64,000 nucleotides of DNA from a virus. Below, in pieces: positions 9,289-19,981 of this stretch; within the stretch, counting starts at the first letter, position 1, and each line of letters opens with the position of its first letter. Location of the stretch: IMG/VR virus record IMGVR_UViG_3300027749_000039, positions 32,001 to 96,000 of that record; one strand, 5' to 3'. Below the pieces are notes generated by a model. That model had not been told where the DNA came from and did no database searches. It was given only the letters and a program-made list of their open reading frames with translations. The position numbers and the translations under genes were made by a program.

Positions 9289-9962
9289 ATTGGTGATTTT
9301 TGTAATTCAAAATTATTGCCATTACCAGATATATCATTCCAATATGTATTAATAGTATCTTTTGCACCAAATTCAATATTAGTTAAACTTGCACCAGAAT
9401 CTAAAAAAGTCATATATAAATATAAAGGATTGGTAGGTAAAGGACTATATATTGAAGTATATACTAAAACATCATCAATATAATACTTAACAGATGTTCC
9501 ATCATAAATAACGCTATAAAAAGAAGATGGTAAATATGGTCCAGGTATTTGATATATTTCCCATATTGCAGGATTGCCTGGAACACCAGATGCTTTATTT
9601 TCGGCTATTGTCACATAGTCCTGTTGGAAATAAAATCCATAATTTATATTAGTATAAGTTCCACCATCACTCATATCTGAAAATCCACACATTGAACGGT
9701 TTGTCTTTTTAAATTTTAATTTAATTTTACCACTATATGATTCAACAGATCTAATATATGTAACCCATCCGCCACTTCCTATAGAAGTTGCTGAATTAGA
9801 GCTATATGTCACCCCATAACTATTTAAATCATCAAATGTAAATGTTGTAGAATAAATATAAGGATCATAAAAATATGAATCTAATGATAGCAATAATTTA
9901 GTCGGAGTGCCATGACTAAATGCTGAAAATGGACCAGAAAAATTTGAAAATTTACTAAACAT
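9063..9962 (-). CDS. Beta-rich virion-type protein ending in a truncated LamG-like domain
   Basis: WNDISGNGN...IYFN...FTIDTWFN pattern; stops early inside the antisense ligase gene. Confidence 0.5.
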   Translation of the reverse strand: MFSKFSNFSGPFSAFSHGTPTKLLLSLDSYFYDPYIYSTTFTFDDLNSYGVTYSSNSATSIGSGGWVTYIRSVESYSGKIKLKFKKTNRSMCGFSDMSDGGTYTNINYGFYFQQDYVTIAENKASGVPGNPAIWEIYQIPGPYLPSSFYSVIYDGTSVKYYIDDVLVYTSIYSPLPTNPLYLYMTFLDSGASLTNIEFGAKDTINTYWNDISGNGNNFELQKSPIYENGSIYFNSSNGQYATGKDLGDLNKFTIDTWFNLKSLPNKTNPQIITNIFDNSNPGYINFALGFIDDTNSSNL

Positions 9963-9965
9963 AAA

Positions 9966-10469
9966 TTATATATTAAATAGGCCAATAACTAAATCAATTT
10001 TATCTCTTAATTTACCAGCATTATTTATCCAATATCCATCTATTTGAATATGTCTATTTGAACCAATATAATCTCCTATCACTAAATCATCAATAGCAAT
10101 CCAATTTTGTATTTTGTTTCCATCTACATATAATAATATTTCTTGACTTCTTAATTTAGTTCTATGCTCTACTGTTACGTTACCTAATAGACCAAATTTT
10201 AATGTAGTAAAATCTATTAAATACTCTGGATTTATACCATAATTTTCAAATATTTTCCTCATTTGTAAAAATGAATATTTGAATCTCCAATCAGATGATA
10301 ATACCAATTTACTATTTGTTTTTTCAACAATTGTATTTAAAGCTTTGCAATCCTCTATATCCCATGAGTATGGAATATTAAATTGATTTGGACCTTTATC
10401 TATTAATACTTCATTTCTTGGTTTAATAGAAGATAAAGGTCCATCAATATCTATAAAAATTATATTCAT
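9966..10469 (-). CDS. HAD-superfamily phosphatase (Swiss-army-knife RNA-repair-like HAD)
   Basis: IFIDIDGPL, LVLSSDWR, WIAIDD. Confidence 0.8.
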   Translation of the reverse strand: MNIIFIDIDGPLSSIKPRNEVLIDKGPNQFNIPYSWDIEDCKALNTIVEKTNSKLVLSSDWRFKYSFLQMRKIFENYGINPEYLIDFTTLKFGLLGNVTVEHRTKLRSQEILLYVDGNKIQNWIAIDDLVIGDYIGSNRHIQIDGYWINNAGKLRDKIDLVIGLFNI

Positions 10470-13171
10470 TTATAATAAGTTTTCATATGTTGGATTAATT
10501 CTTCCAATGTAGGTGTAGTATTTGTTACAACAAAATTTTCGGATACTTCAACCAATGGTTGTTCACCTAATCTAAATCCATCATAGTATTCTTTTGTTAA
10601 ACCTTCAAATTTGTCAAAAGGAATTATTTGTCTATCATCTTTAACAAACTTCATATCTTTAATTGGATAAATATTATTCAATCTAACCGAAGTTAATAGA
10701 GTATTAGTAAACATATTTAAGTGTCCAAATGTTACTATATTATAGATTTCAACTAATCCTTCATTTTCTTCTCTACTAATTAATGTAACAATCTCACCTT
10801 TATCATTAAATGTATGTGTTCCAATTGGAGTATCTTCTTCGGATATTAAATAAGTAAACTCACCTTTTTCTAAATTGAATATACGATGGCTTGTATTTTT
10901 AACACCTATTTTACGTGCTATTAATTCTGTTCCATCACTAAATTTAGATATAAAAGTATTAGATGTAGTAATTGGTTTCATCATCCAAATTGGTTTTGCT
11001 GAATCAAATTTAGATTCGTCAAAATTCCAAACTAATAATAAGTCATCATAAGTTATATCCTCTATTTTCTTTTTAGAACCATCACTTAATGTAACTAATG
11101 TTCCTTTAGCAAAACAATAAAGACCATGGAATGTAATTGGATCACCATATGCTATACCAGTACTATTTTTCGCATATGCTCTACCATAATGATTATTTGC
11201 ACCAATATTGTAGATATTGACTGAAAATGCTCCTGCTCCAGAAGAAGTAGCTGACACAACAGTATCCAATATTGTTGGTGATGAATTAGTATCGCTATAT
11301 ACAAATCCTCTTTCTGTAACAGAAGAACTACCTTCATCTGTTACATTACCATCTGCAACACAAGTTGAGTTACCTGAACTTATATTGTCAGATGTAACGG
11401 TTGGTAATGTACCATTAGATAAAAATGTACTCAATTGACCTAATACTTTAAAACTATTTCCAAAATTTATGAAACTAAGTCCTATTACATCAGTTTGATT
11501 TATATTACCAGTTGGTATATCACCATTAGACCAATATATATCATATATATAATCATTTATACGCAGTACTCCCGGTGTATAAGCAGTAGCACCTTGATTT
11601 ATTATTATTGTAGTAGTAATTACTCTATTATCTGTTGTTGGTATATTTATAAAATTTGCATAATAATTATCTATTAAGTCATCATGTATCCAAATACTAC
11701 CTAATGTATAATCATATGTTATAGTTGATGGCGAAGTTCCTAAATTAATACTAGTAGTATTTAATATCTCAATTGTTTGTTGAAATTGAGTTGTCCCTTC
11801 TAATAAAGTATCTCCAATAACAGAAAATGTATTACCTGTAAATGTTAAATTAGTTTCGATATTTACACCATTTGAATTACCATTAGATGTTAATAACCCA
11901 TATTGATATGCACTACTAAAAGATAAACCAATACCATCAACACCTGGAATACCTGATATATTTATATACCACTCACTACTTGTAGCTCCTATTGTATTAG
12001 ATTTTTGGCATACTGTAATCAATTCCCCTGTTACAGAATCATAACTATCAATAACAGCATAAAAATTAATACCAGCAACATCATCTACATCATAATCACC
12101 AACAGTATAATAAGAATCTTTACTATTTGATATAAATAACCATTGACCAGAAGTGTAGGCTAATTCAGGTTGTGTTTCAAAAACTACAACACCATCAACA
12201 ATTGGTATTGTATTATATGTATATGATACACTATAATATCTATCACCAGATATACCTCTTTTACCAGTTGGGTAGTAAAGTACATCAGTAAATGTTATAT
12301 CATTTGCTAAAGTTATTATAGGATAGCTATAAAAATAATAAGTATCTGCTGAATATGTAGTTGAAATTATTGTATTTCCATCTATTTCATAATAAACTTC
12401 TCTACCATCTGAATATAATGAAAATCTAAATGCATCACTATATGTGCCTGAATAAAGAGTGTTATTATTATTATAATATAATTCATATGCACCTATATCA
12501 CTTATATCATTGCTGATTTTTATACCATAAGAATTATCTAATCCATCTAATTTTAAATTAACATAGTAACTATTTGCTGGATATTCTGGTATACCAACTT
12601 GCATAAAAAACCCTTGTGAGTTGTCATAAGATTCTAAAGAATGCACATTTGTAGTATCACTTGCACCACTAAAAAATGTAAAAGAAGAAGGTGAACTTAT
12701 CGTTGCTGATAGAGTAGGAATTAAAGTTACTAATGATGAACCATTTATACCATTTATTCCGCTTGACCCCGTAGCACCTCTTGGGCCAGTTGACCCCGTA
12801 GCACCTCTTGGGCCAGTTGACCCCGTAGCACCTTGAGAACCAGTAGCACCTCTTGTAGCTTCTGTTATTTTACTATCTATGTAAAGCATGATGTCTTTAT
12901 CAATTTCAAAAGGCGTTACATCATTTAGTGTAGTAATTGCATCTTTTAATTTTGATAAAGCTATTTTAGATTCATAAACATTATTAAAATCTATTAAAAT
13001 AAAATCACCATTGGTGAAATTAATTTTAATATTATTATTTTGTATAATATAGGATTTTATTTTAAATGGTGAAATAGACCATACAACCTCATTATTTATA
13101 TTTTTAATAAATAATTTTGTATCATTAGCCGCCGGTGTTTTAAAGAAATCTAAATAATTAAAGTTAGCCAT
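10466..13171 (-). CDS. Virion/tail-fibre-like protein with collagen-like repeat and C-terminal Hint domain
   Basis: GATGSTGPR repeats; CFAKGTLVTLSDGSKKKIEDI Hint block A at Cys686. Confidence 0.75.
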   Translation of the reverse strand: MANFNYLDFFKTPAANDTKLFIKNINNEVVWSISPFKIKSYIIQNNNIKINFTNGDFILIDFNNVYESKIALSKLKDAITTLNDVTPFEIDKDIMLYIDSKITEATRGATGSQGATGSTGPRGATGSTGPRGATGSSGINGINGSSLVTLIPTLSATISSPSSFTFFSGASDTTNVHSLESYDNSQGFFMQVGIPEYPANSYYVNLKLDGLDNSYGIKISNDISDIGAYELYYNNNNTLYSGTYSDAFRFSLYSDGREVYYEIDGNTIISTTYSADTYYFYSYPIITLANDITFTDVLYYPTGKRGISGDRYYSVSYTYNTIPIVDGVVVFETQPELAYTSGQWLFISNSKDSYYTVGDYDVDDVAGINFYAVIDSYDSVTGELITVCQKSNTIGATSSEWYINISGIPGVDGIGLSFSSAYQYGLLTSNGNSNGVNIETNLTFTGNTFSVIGDTLLEGTTQFQQTIEILNTTSINLGTSPSTITYDYTLGSIWIHDDLIDNYYANFINIPTTDNRVITTTIIINQGATAYTPGVLRINDYIYDIYWSNGDIPTGNINQTDVIGLSFINFGNSFKVLGQLSTFLSNGTLPTVTSDNISSGNSTCVADGNVTDEGSSSVTERGFVYSDTNSSPTILDTVVSATSSGAGAFSVNIYNIGANNHYGRAYAKNSTGIAYGDPITFHGLYCFAKGTLVTLSDGSKKKIEDITYDDLLLVWNFDESKFDSAKPIWMMKPITTSNTFISKFSDGTELIARKIGVKNTSHRIFNLEKGEFTYLISEEDTPIGTHTFNDKGEIVTLISREENEGLVEIYNIVTFGHLNMFTNTLLTSVRLNNIYPIKDMKFVKDDRQIIPFDKFEGLTKEYYDGFRLGEQPLVEVSENFVVTNTTPTLEELIQHMKTYYK
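10688..11116 (-). other. Hint (autoprocessing) domain without endonuclease
   Basis: Begins CFAKGT, has SHRIF (block B His) and EIYNIVTFGHLNMFTNTLLTS (block F/G-like, no terminal Asn). Confidence 0.7.
12763..12851. repeat. 27-bp tandem repeat encoding collagen-like Gly-X-Y
   Basis: ttgaccccgtagcacctcttgggccag at 12763 and 12790, partial at 12817, then degenerate. Confidence 0.9.
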
Positions 13172-13186
13172 TTATTTTAATATTTT

Positions 13187-14368
13187 TTATGTTGTTACAC
13201 TCATTAATACATAAGTGTCTTTGTTAATAACATTACCAGCTAAATCACTTACATTAAAGTATAAGCTATAAGTACCAGTAGCCGCAATAGAAGCTATATT
13301 ATTAGAATCATAATCTTTTAATAGCATATCGGCGTCATCTAATGTAATAGCACCATCTCTATTATCAGCCGCACCACTTATCATTATATCATATAATCTA
13401 GATTTAGTTATTGTATATGAAGAGTAATATATATCACCATATTCCGATAATGAGAATGTAGTTGAGAATGTAATACCTGATGTTGTTAATCCAGTATTAT
13501 ACGGAACACCTGATGTTGCTCCACCCATAGTAATATAACTGCCAGAAGAGGTATTTCCAATATTAGGATAGAAATAAACTATTGGTGCTATAGTATCAAC
13601 ATTTGGACCATTTACAACTACATCATGTGTTTGTAAAATCCAATTTATTAAAGAATATGCTTGTTTAGCATCCGCAACTGATATAAATTGTAAGAATATT
13701 TTACCTAATGTTTGAGAATCAATTATAACCAAATCATTATTCCTATTAACAGAAGAAATATCCACATTTGTTATGTATGCTAATGCATTTCTTGATGTAT
13801 TTGTATCGTAAATAACAATTGATTCATTTGTTACAAAGGTATTTATACAATTAACCGTAGCATTACATTGTAAATCGAAGAAAGATAAGCCAGTTTGATT
13901 TGTGTTGTCGTTAAAGTATGTGTAAGTATCATCGATAACAGCAACCATTATATCTAATTGAACGTTATATGTGGTATTTGGATTGTTGAAATATAATTGT
14001 GGTATTCTATGAGTTGAATTGCCAGTTAATATCATAACTTGATCCATTGCTCTAATTATACCTGGATCATCATAATAATAGTATTCTACATAATTATCTT
14101 CCTCATTAACTGATTTAGGATCATATCTAGCAATTATAGCGACAAATGTGGCATTATCGCCTAAACCAAGGTGATTCATTAAATAATTAGTTTGACCAGC
14201 TTTTAATTGTAATCTACCTTTTAATACTTGTTTATAAGGTATTTTTAAATCACCAGCTATTAATCTCTCCAATGTATTAGGACCTTCAATGGCAACAATA
14301 TCACTATTAAGAAACTTAATGTAATTATTCGCACCAAAGATTGAATTAATTCCTATTTGACAACTCAT
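13187..14368 (-). CDS. Putative virion structural protein
   Basis: 393-aa Thr/Asn/Tyr-rich ORF in the structural block. Confidence 0.55.
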   Translation of the reverse strand: MSCQIGINSIFGANNYIKFLNSDIVAIEGPNTLERLIAGDLKIPYKQVLKGRLQLKAGQTNYLMNHLGLGDNATFVAIIARYDPKSVNEEDNYVEYYYYDDPGIIRAMDQVMILTGNSTHRIPQLYFNNPNTTYNVQLDIMVAVIDDTYTYFNDNTNQTGLSFFDLQCNATVNCINTFVTNESIVIYDTNTSRNALAYITNVDISSVNRNNDLVIIDSQTLGKIFLQFISVADAKQAYSLINWILQTHDVVVNGPNVDTIAPIVYFYPNIGNTSSGSYITMGGATSGVPYNTGLTTSGITFSTTFSLSEYGDIYYSSYTITKSRLYDIMISGAADNRDGAITLDDADMLLKDYDSNNIASIAATGTYSLYFNVSDLAGNVINKDTYVLMSVTT

Positions 14369-14407
14369 AATATGTTTTATTTTTATATATTAAAAATAAG
14401 GAACATA

Positions 14408-17122
14408 TTAATACACTTCTTTCAAAATTAAATACCTATCACTAAATGCTGAAGTATTTGTAGAATCTACTCTTGTTATACTAAACTTATAACCTCTATT
14501 AAAACTAAAATATGGTAAGTTATTTAATAAATAATTTGCATTATCATTAAATATTAACGGTAATGAACTTGATGCACCATAACTTATTAATGTAGTATTT
14601 TGACTTACATCTAAATAAATATAAGAATTAGTAGCGCCAATTGATTTAATAGTATATTGTCCTGAGAAATCTATTGTGCTAGCAGTTCCAATGCTAAAAT
14701 CATTTAATTTTAACACATCACCAGCTTTAAATGAATTAGATACTAAATATGGATTTGAATCAATTGGTATTTCCAAAATAGAACCTAAATTAAGTCTTAA
14801 TGGACTATTCATATCTATATTATATTTAAAATCACTCCAATTATAAGCGGAATTTGTATTTTTAGTGAGTTTATTATAATAAACAGGTAAATCTAAATTA
14901 TCAATCATTTTTGTTAAAACCGGAGTTCCGCCATTTTGACTATAATTTATAAATACATTTAACTTTTTATTTTCCGAACTTATTGTATTAGCTTCTATAA
15001 CCAAATCCATTGTTTGATTAGCATCTAAATCTCTATTTAAACTTAATGTTAAAACACCATTATTTGATAAAGTTAAAACAGTTTGATCGTTATTAATTAA
15101 TGTAATAAGAAAATCTTTATTAGTAGGTACTGTATAATTAACTGGAACAGCTCCACTAACATTATACATATTTGTAGCTAACAAATTAGTAGTAGATGAA
15201 TATTTAGCATCTATACTATTTAACTGAATCATTGGCATACCACCAATAGTTAAATTATTAACCGCTATTGTATCCGAACTTATTAATTGATTAGATTTAT
15301 ATAATGTTAATAAATTATTTAAATTACTAATTTGTTGATTAATAGCATTAATACTTGGTTGATTATATACTTGTTGTGTTAAATTACTTAATGCTGTCTT
15401 AATTTGTGCATTTTCGGCTATTATATCGGAAAATGAATCATTTAATGTAGCCAAATTTTGCATAGCTTGGTTAAATAAATTAAATGAATATAAAGAATTT
15501 ATAGCTTCTGGATTAAATGTGTCTTGTGGATTTTCATTTACTATATTGAAATTTAAATCTAAAGAAAAATCATATGCGGTACCATCTTGTGTATCCGTAG
15601 CTACTAATTTTTGAGCTAATGGAAACTCATATCCAGTTTTAACTTCGCTGTTAATTGGATTATCTAAAAATGATATACCATATAAATCTTTACTTGTGTT
15701 ACCATTTACATCTTCATAAGTATAATACCATAAAATAGCATTAAATTGGAAATTAGACGGTGGTAGATTATTAATCATTAACGCATTAAATTGTTCAAAG
15801 TTAGTTACTTCTCTACCATAGATGTTCATCTTAGAGTAATGCGAAGGATTGAAATCAATAGAAAGTCCATCTATATCATTTGAATTAACAACTGGTGTAT
15901 CTGTTGTGCCACTTATACCAAAATAGTCACCACTTCTTCTTAAAGAATCACCATTTGATGTTAAATAAGTAAAATCAGTTGTATCAAATTGTCCATAATA
16001 ACTACCTGGATAATCTTGTGGATTAACTACAATTGGACTTGTATATATTTCAGCACCAACTATTTCTGGTTGATATTGAGAAGGTAAAATTGGAAAAACT
16101 AAATTAGGTTTGTAATTAGTATCAGTCATAGTTCTAAAAAGAACGTCTGGTGTAGCACCATTTTGACCAGAAACTTGTGCATAAACCTCTGTATAAGACA
16201 TGTTAGCTTCTTGAACATTATTTATACCATTAACTTCTCCAATATATTGAACTAATTTATTATAAACTATTGTCACATCACCTGTTAAATAATTAGCATA
16301 TGTGCCAGCTGATGTTGGTAATCCAGATATAGCTGGTATACTTGTGCTATTTAAATTTAAAATAATTTTTTGTCCAAGTAAAGCAGTTGGTGCTATTATA
16401 TTTAATACTTTTCCTTTTACTCCATTTAAAAATGATATAGAAGTATTTGTTTCATTATTTATTTGAACAATATCACCTATTTTAAAATTAGTAGTTGTTT
16501 GAAAAATAATTTGAATATAACCATTATATGTACCACCAGAAACTTTAAATATATCAAACATAGGATATGAATCCATACTTCTTTCAGTCCACAAAACTTC
16601 ATTAAAATAAGAATTATCTAGTGGACTATTTGATGCAAACTCAGATAAACTACCGATATATTGATCTCCATTATTAGCTGGCTCTAAATCTATTAAGTTT
16701 AAATGTTTAGCCCATTTGAAAAATATTTTTTCAGCGGGAGTATCTATTGAATTATTATTATAATAATAATCAGTGGTATTTAATTTAGAAGACATCATGG
16801 TTTCTTCATAATTAGCTACATAATTTCTTAAAGATTCTATAACCTGATCGCCAAATGAAGCTGGTGGTGTAGCTCCTGGAGCTTGTTGAAATCCATAACC
16901 TTGTCCAGCAGCGTTAGTAAAGTCCCAATAAATAGGAGTATTACTATTAGTTCCAGAACCAGCATAAAGATTTTGTGCTGGGAAATTTAATAAAACATAG
17001 TTAGAAAAAAACATTTTATTATTTTGATTCTGGTATGCAGCTGACATCTTTTCAGCAGCAGAAGGAAACGCATAGAAGGAAGTTCCATTTTTTTTTAATT
17101 GGCGAAATAAGGGCGTAGACAT
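14408..17122 (-). CDS. Large putative virion structural protein
   Basis: 904-aa Asn/Ser/Thr-rich ORF with internal coiled coil; late-type motif upstream. Confidence 0.6.
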   Translation of the reverse strand: MSTPLFRQLKKNGTSFYAFPSAAEKMSAAYQNQNNKMFFSNYVLLNFPAQNLYAGSGTNSNTPIYWDFTNAAGQGYGFQQAPGATPPASFGDQVIESLRNYVANYEETMMSSKLNTTDYYYNNNSIDTPAEKIFFKWAKHLNLIDLEPANNGDQYIGSLSEFASNSPLDNSYFNEVLWTERSMDSYPMFDIFKVSGGTYNGYIQIIFQTTTNFKIGDIVQINNETNTSISFLNGVKGKVLNIIAPTALLGQKIILNLNSTSIPAISGLPTSAGTYANYLTGDVTIVYNKLVQYIGEVNGINNVQEANMSYTEVYAQVSGQNGATPDVLFRTMTDTNYKPNLVFPILPSQYQPEIVGAEIYTSPIVVNPQDYPGSYYGQFDTTDFTYLTSNGDSLRRSGDYFGISGTTDTPVVNSNDIDGLSIDFNPSHYSKMNIYGREVTNFEQFNALMINNLPPSNFQFNAILWYYTYEDVNGNTSKDLYGISFLDNPINSEVKTGYEFPLAQKLVATDTQDGTAYDFSLDLNFNIVNENPQDTFNPEAINSLYSFNLFNQAMQNLATLNDSFSDIIAENAQIKTALSNLTQQVYNQPSINAINQQISNLNNLLTLYKSNQLISSDTIAVNNLTIGGMPMIQLNSIDAKYSSTTNLLATNMYNVSGAVPVNYTVPTNKDFLITLINNDQTVLTLSNNGVLTLSLNRDLDANQTMDLVIEANTISSENKKLNVFINYSQNGGTPVLTKMIDNLDLPVYYNKLTKNTNSAYNWSDFKYNIDMNSPLRLNLGSILEIPIDSNPYLVSNSFKAGDVLKLNDFSIGTASTIDFSGQYTIKSIGATNSYIYLDVSQNTTLISYGASSSLPLIFNDNANYLLNNLPYFSFNRGYKFSITRVDSTNTSAFSDRYLILKEVY

Positions 17123-17201
17123 AATTTAATATAAGATTTAGAATATATATTAACTATTTACATTTACATATTTTTAACTTTTCTCTTTCAATTTTTATTT
17201 G

Positions 17202-17209
17202 TATCTTTG
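17202..17209 (+). promoter_or_regulatory. Bacteroidota -7 promoter element
   Basis: TATCTTTG 15 nt upstream of the ATG at 17225. Confidence 0.6.
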
Positions 17210-17224
17210 TAAAAATTATAAGAT

Positions 17225-17866
17225 ATGCGTTATAACAATTTTTCTTACATCTACCCACCACGTCCAAAAAATGCGGCACCAATTATTGATATACAAAAAT
17301 ATGATAATGGTATGATGCTTGGACAGCCAAAGTTTAATGGCTCTAATTGCACTATTTATACAAATGGGCATGAATTTAAAATATTTAACCGCCATAAAGA
17401 TAAATTAACTAATTTTAATCTTACCACCGAAGAAATGTCCGCTAATCTTTTCAAATGCGAAAAGGGTAAATGGATGGCTATAAATGGTGAATATCTTAAT
17501 AAGAATAAAAATGATGAAACTGGTGTTCCATTTAATCATAAGCTAATTATATTTGATATATTAGTTTTTGATTCAGATTATCTTTTAAGCAAATCTTTTG
17601 AAAATAGAGTTAATCTTTTAGATGATATTTACGGCACTAATGAGACGAAAAAAAATTATTTATATCAAATATCGGATAATATCTATAGAACAAAAACTTA
17701 CAATACAGGATTTGTTAATCTATATACAGATTTATCTAAAATTGATTTAGTTGAAGGATTAGTTTTAAAACGTGCAAATGCAAAATTAGAACTCGGTCTT
17801 ACAGAGGACAACAACTCTAAGAGTCAAATAAAATTTAGGAAACCCACAAAAAATTACCAATTTTAA
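17225..17866 (+). CDS. ATP-dependent ligase catalytic core (DNA or RNA ligase), no OB domain
   Basis: Motif I QPKFNGSN, NGE, IFDIL, EGLVLK, QIKFRK. Confidence 0.75.
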   Translation: MRYNNFSYIYPPRPKNAAPIIDIQKYDNGMMLGQPKFNGSNCTIYTNGHEFKIFNRHKDKLTNFNLTTEEMSANLFKCEKGKWMAINGEYLNKNKNDETGVPFNHKLIIFDILVFDSDYLLSKSFENRVNLLDDIYGTNETKKNYLYQISDNIYRTKTYNTGFVNLYTDLSKIDLVEGLVLKRANAKLELGLTEDNNSKSQIKFRKPTKNYQF

Positions 17867-17867
17867 T

Positions 17868-18155
17868 ATGAAAGAATTACTTAGAATATATACCGATTCA
17901 ATTACAAAGATATTTGAAAATTTCGGTTTAAAAAATGGATATGGTGAAATCAGCATACACACCAATGTTAAATGGTGCCTAAACACTGATGAAGAAGTTA
18001 GATGGATAGAAGGTGGTTGTTTATATGCAAATGAAATTATAGGTAAGCCACATTATTATCAAAATTATATGATGGCTTATGTAAATGATGGTTGTGGTAA
18101 TAGTTATTACCAAATATTTGATATTAATTTAATGGATAACGAAATAGAAGAATGA
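17868..18155 (+). CDS. Hypothetical protein
   Basis: 95-aa ORF in operon. Confidence 0.6.
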   Translation: MKELLRIYTDSITKIFENFGLKNGYGEISIHTNVKWCLNTDEEVRWIEGGCLYANEIIGKPHYYQNYMMAYVNDGCGNSYYQIFDINLMDNEIEE

Positions 18156-18706
18156 AAGTTGAGTTTGTAAAATTACAGGGAAAAACTATAACTAATATAG
18201 AGATATCTAATTATAGATATTCTATGAAAATCACATGTGATGACGGATATGTATATGATATCCGTCATGATCAAAATTGTTGTGAAGATGTTCATTTGGA
18301 AGATATATGCGGTGATTTAGAAGATTTAATCGGAACGCCAATCTTATTAGCTCAGGAATCTACTTCGGATAAAGATCCTTTGCCTGACGCTGATTATTTT
18401 AAATGGACATTCTATACTTTAAGGACAATTAAAGGAACAGTCTCTTTAAGATGGTGGGGTAATTCAAATGGTTATTATTCTGTTGATGTCGAGGTGCATG
18501 AAATTGTCTCTCAAGAATTGAGAGGACATACCTTTGGTGATGCACTTGTTAAAATACAAGAGACGATAGATAAAGGCGAAGGAATTGTATTTTTTGATTA
18601 TAAAGACTATCTTTTAGAAGACTTTATGAGAAATCATTATGATAATATCTATAAAATAGATTACTCTATTGAAGATAATTGGATTTCTATAACTTTTAAT
18701 AAATAA
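18152..18706 (+). CDS. Conserved phage protein (DUF7448-like)
   Basis: HDQNCCEDVHLEDICGDLEDLIG and WTFY...RWWGNSNGYYS pattern. Confidence 0.55.
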   Translation: MKVEFVKLQGKTITNIEISNYRYSMKITCDDGYVYDIRHDQNCCEDVHLEDICGDLEDLIGTPILLAQESTSDKDPLPDADYFKWTFYTLRTIKGTVSLRWWGNSNGYYSVDVEVHEIVSQELRGHTFGDALVKIQETIDKGEGIVFFDYKDYLLEDFMRNHYDNIYKIDYSIEDNWISITFNK

Positions 18707-18709
18707 ATT

Positions 18710-19099
18710 ATGTTTAGCGATTTTACTTCATTTATATATACGCTTAATCCAGAGCAAAGATTAAGATTTGCTAATTTCCTACAAACTCTCATAGACGATG
18801 GTATAGAAGTTGCCTATAAACATAGGCATAGAGATATTAAGATATCTTCTGTAATTGAAGAGATGCATGAAATCACCGAGTGGGAAAAGATTAAAGAAGC
18901 CCAGGAATTAGCTGCTTCAAAAGGTGAAACAACTATACCAGAAGATGATTGGGGTGTTCATAGAACACACTGTTGTAATAAACATGGTTGTAAATATGGT
19001 GATCCAGATTGTCCTGTTGCGATAAATCTATTAAAACAGGATTATCCATGTGAAACATGTCACTATGATAATGATTATTTTCTAAATTTACCCGGATAA
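18710..19099 (+). CDS. Hypothetical protein with Cys/His-rich C-terminus
   Basis: HRTHCCNKHGCKYGDPDCPV...CETC. Confidence 0.6.
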   Translation: MFSDFTSFIYTLNPEQRLRFANFLQTLIDDGIEVAYKHRHRDIKISSVIEEMHEITEWEKIKEAQELAASKGETTIPEDDWGVHRTHCCNKHGCKYGDPDCPVAINLLKQDYPCETCHYDNDYFLNLPG

Positions 19100-19396
19100 A
19101 TAGAACGTAAAGGATGCCCTTGTGGTATATCTTTGGCTCTCATTCCAAATATTTTTGGCTCTGGACACATATCTTTACCATCCATTAGATAGTTATTATT
19201 ACAACACCAAGTTTCTATTCCTCTATTATACGGTTGTCCTTCTTCGTATGTGAATCTGATACCATCAGGTTTTACTATATTTTGTATTCTACCACCAATT
19301 ACATCAAATGTAATTATTAGTGTATTATTGCGTTTGTTTTTAAGTTCAACGCTTCTTTTATAGGCTTCGTTAATAAAGTCATCTAAATTTTTCCAT
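19075..19396 (-). CDS. Hypothetical protein whose natural ATG (19396) is one base out of frame
   Basis: ATG-G-AAA-AAT-TTA-GAT-GAC; removing one base gives M(K/E)NLDDFINE. Confidence 0.5.
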
Positions 19397-19400
19397 ATAG

Positions 19401-19416
19401 TATATATTAATATATA
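19401..19416. promoter_or_regulatory. Palindromic back-to-back late-type promoter
   Basis: TATATATTAATATATA is a perfect palindrome, 4 nt from a divergent ATG on each side. Confidence 0.6.
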
Positions 19417-19420
19417 GTTT

Positions 19421-19981
19421 ATGAAAAAATTTAGTAGATTAAAACCTGAGGATAAAAAAGTTGACAATTCAAATAAAGTAGCTTATAAGGATAAAAACTT
19501 AACAATTACAAAGTATGAAGATTGGAGTATTGTGACTGATAGAGATGTAGTTGTTTGTATTCCATATTTAATTGAATTAAATAAATTTATAATACGCCAA
19601 GAATATATTCCTTCATATAAATATTCTGACGGACAAGAATTACACATTTGTTTAGTTGGCGGTGGTATTGAAAAAGGTGAAACACCAGAAGCAGCATTAT
19701 TAAGAGAACTTCAAGAAGAAGCTGGTATAGTAGTAAGACCTAATTTTAAAGTTGAGATAGATAAACCTTTATTTATGTTTAAAGGTGGTTCAAATAAATA
19801 TTATATGTCTATTTTAACTTTAACTGAAAATGACTACCATGAAATTGCGGTTGATAAAACACAAGAACATAGATTAGATATGGCTGCTAAGGTTGATATA
19901 AAGTATATAAATTCTTTAAATGTAAGTGATGTTATCACGGAATTAATGTTGGAAAGATTTAAAAAATATGCTAATCTATGA
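19421..19981 (+). CDS. Nudix hydrolase
   Basis: GGGIEKGETPEAALLRELQEEAG Nudix box. Confidence 0.9.
   Translation: MKKFSRLKPEDKKVDNSNKVAYKDKNLTITKYEDWSIVTDRDVVVCIPYLIELNKFIIRQEYIPSYKYSDGQELHICLVGGGIEKGETPEAALLRELQEEAGIVVRPNFKVEIDKPLFMFKGGSNKYYMSILTLTENDYHEIAVDKTQEHRLDMAAKVDIKYINSLNVSDVITELMLERFKKYANL

Noticed and set aside
12763-12851. Possible CRISPR array
   Set aside because: Head-to-tail 27-bp repeats without spacers, in frame, encoding collagen-like Gly-X-Y
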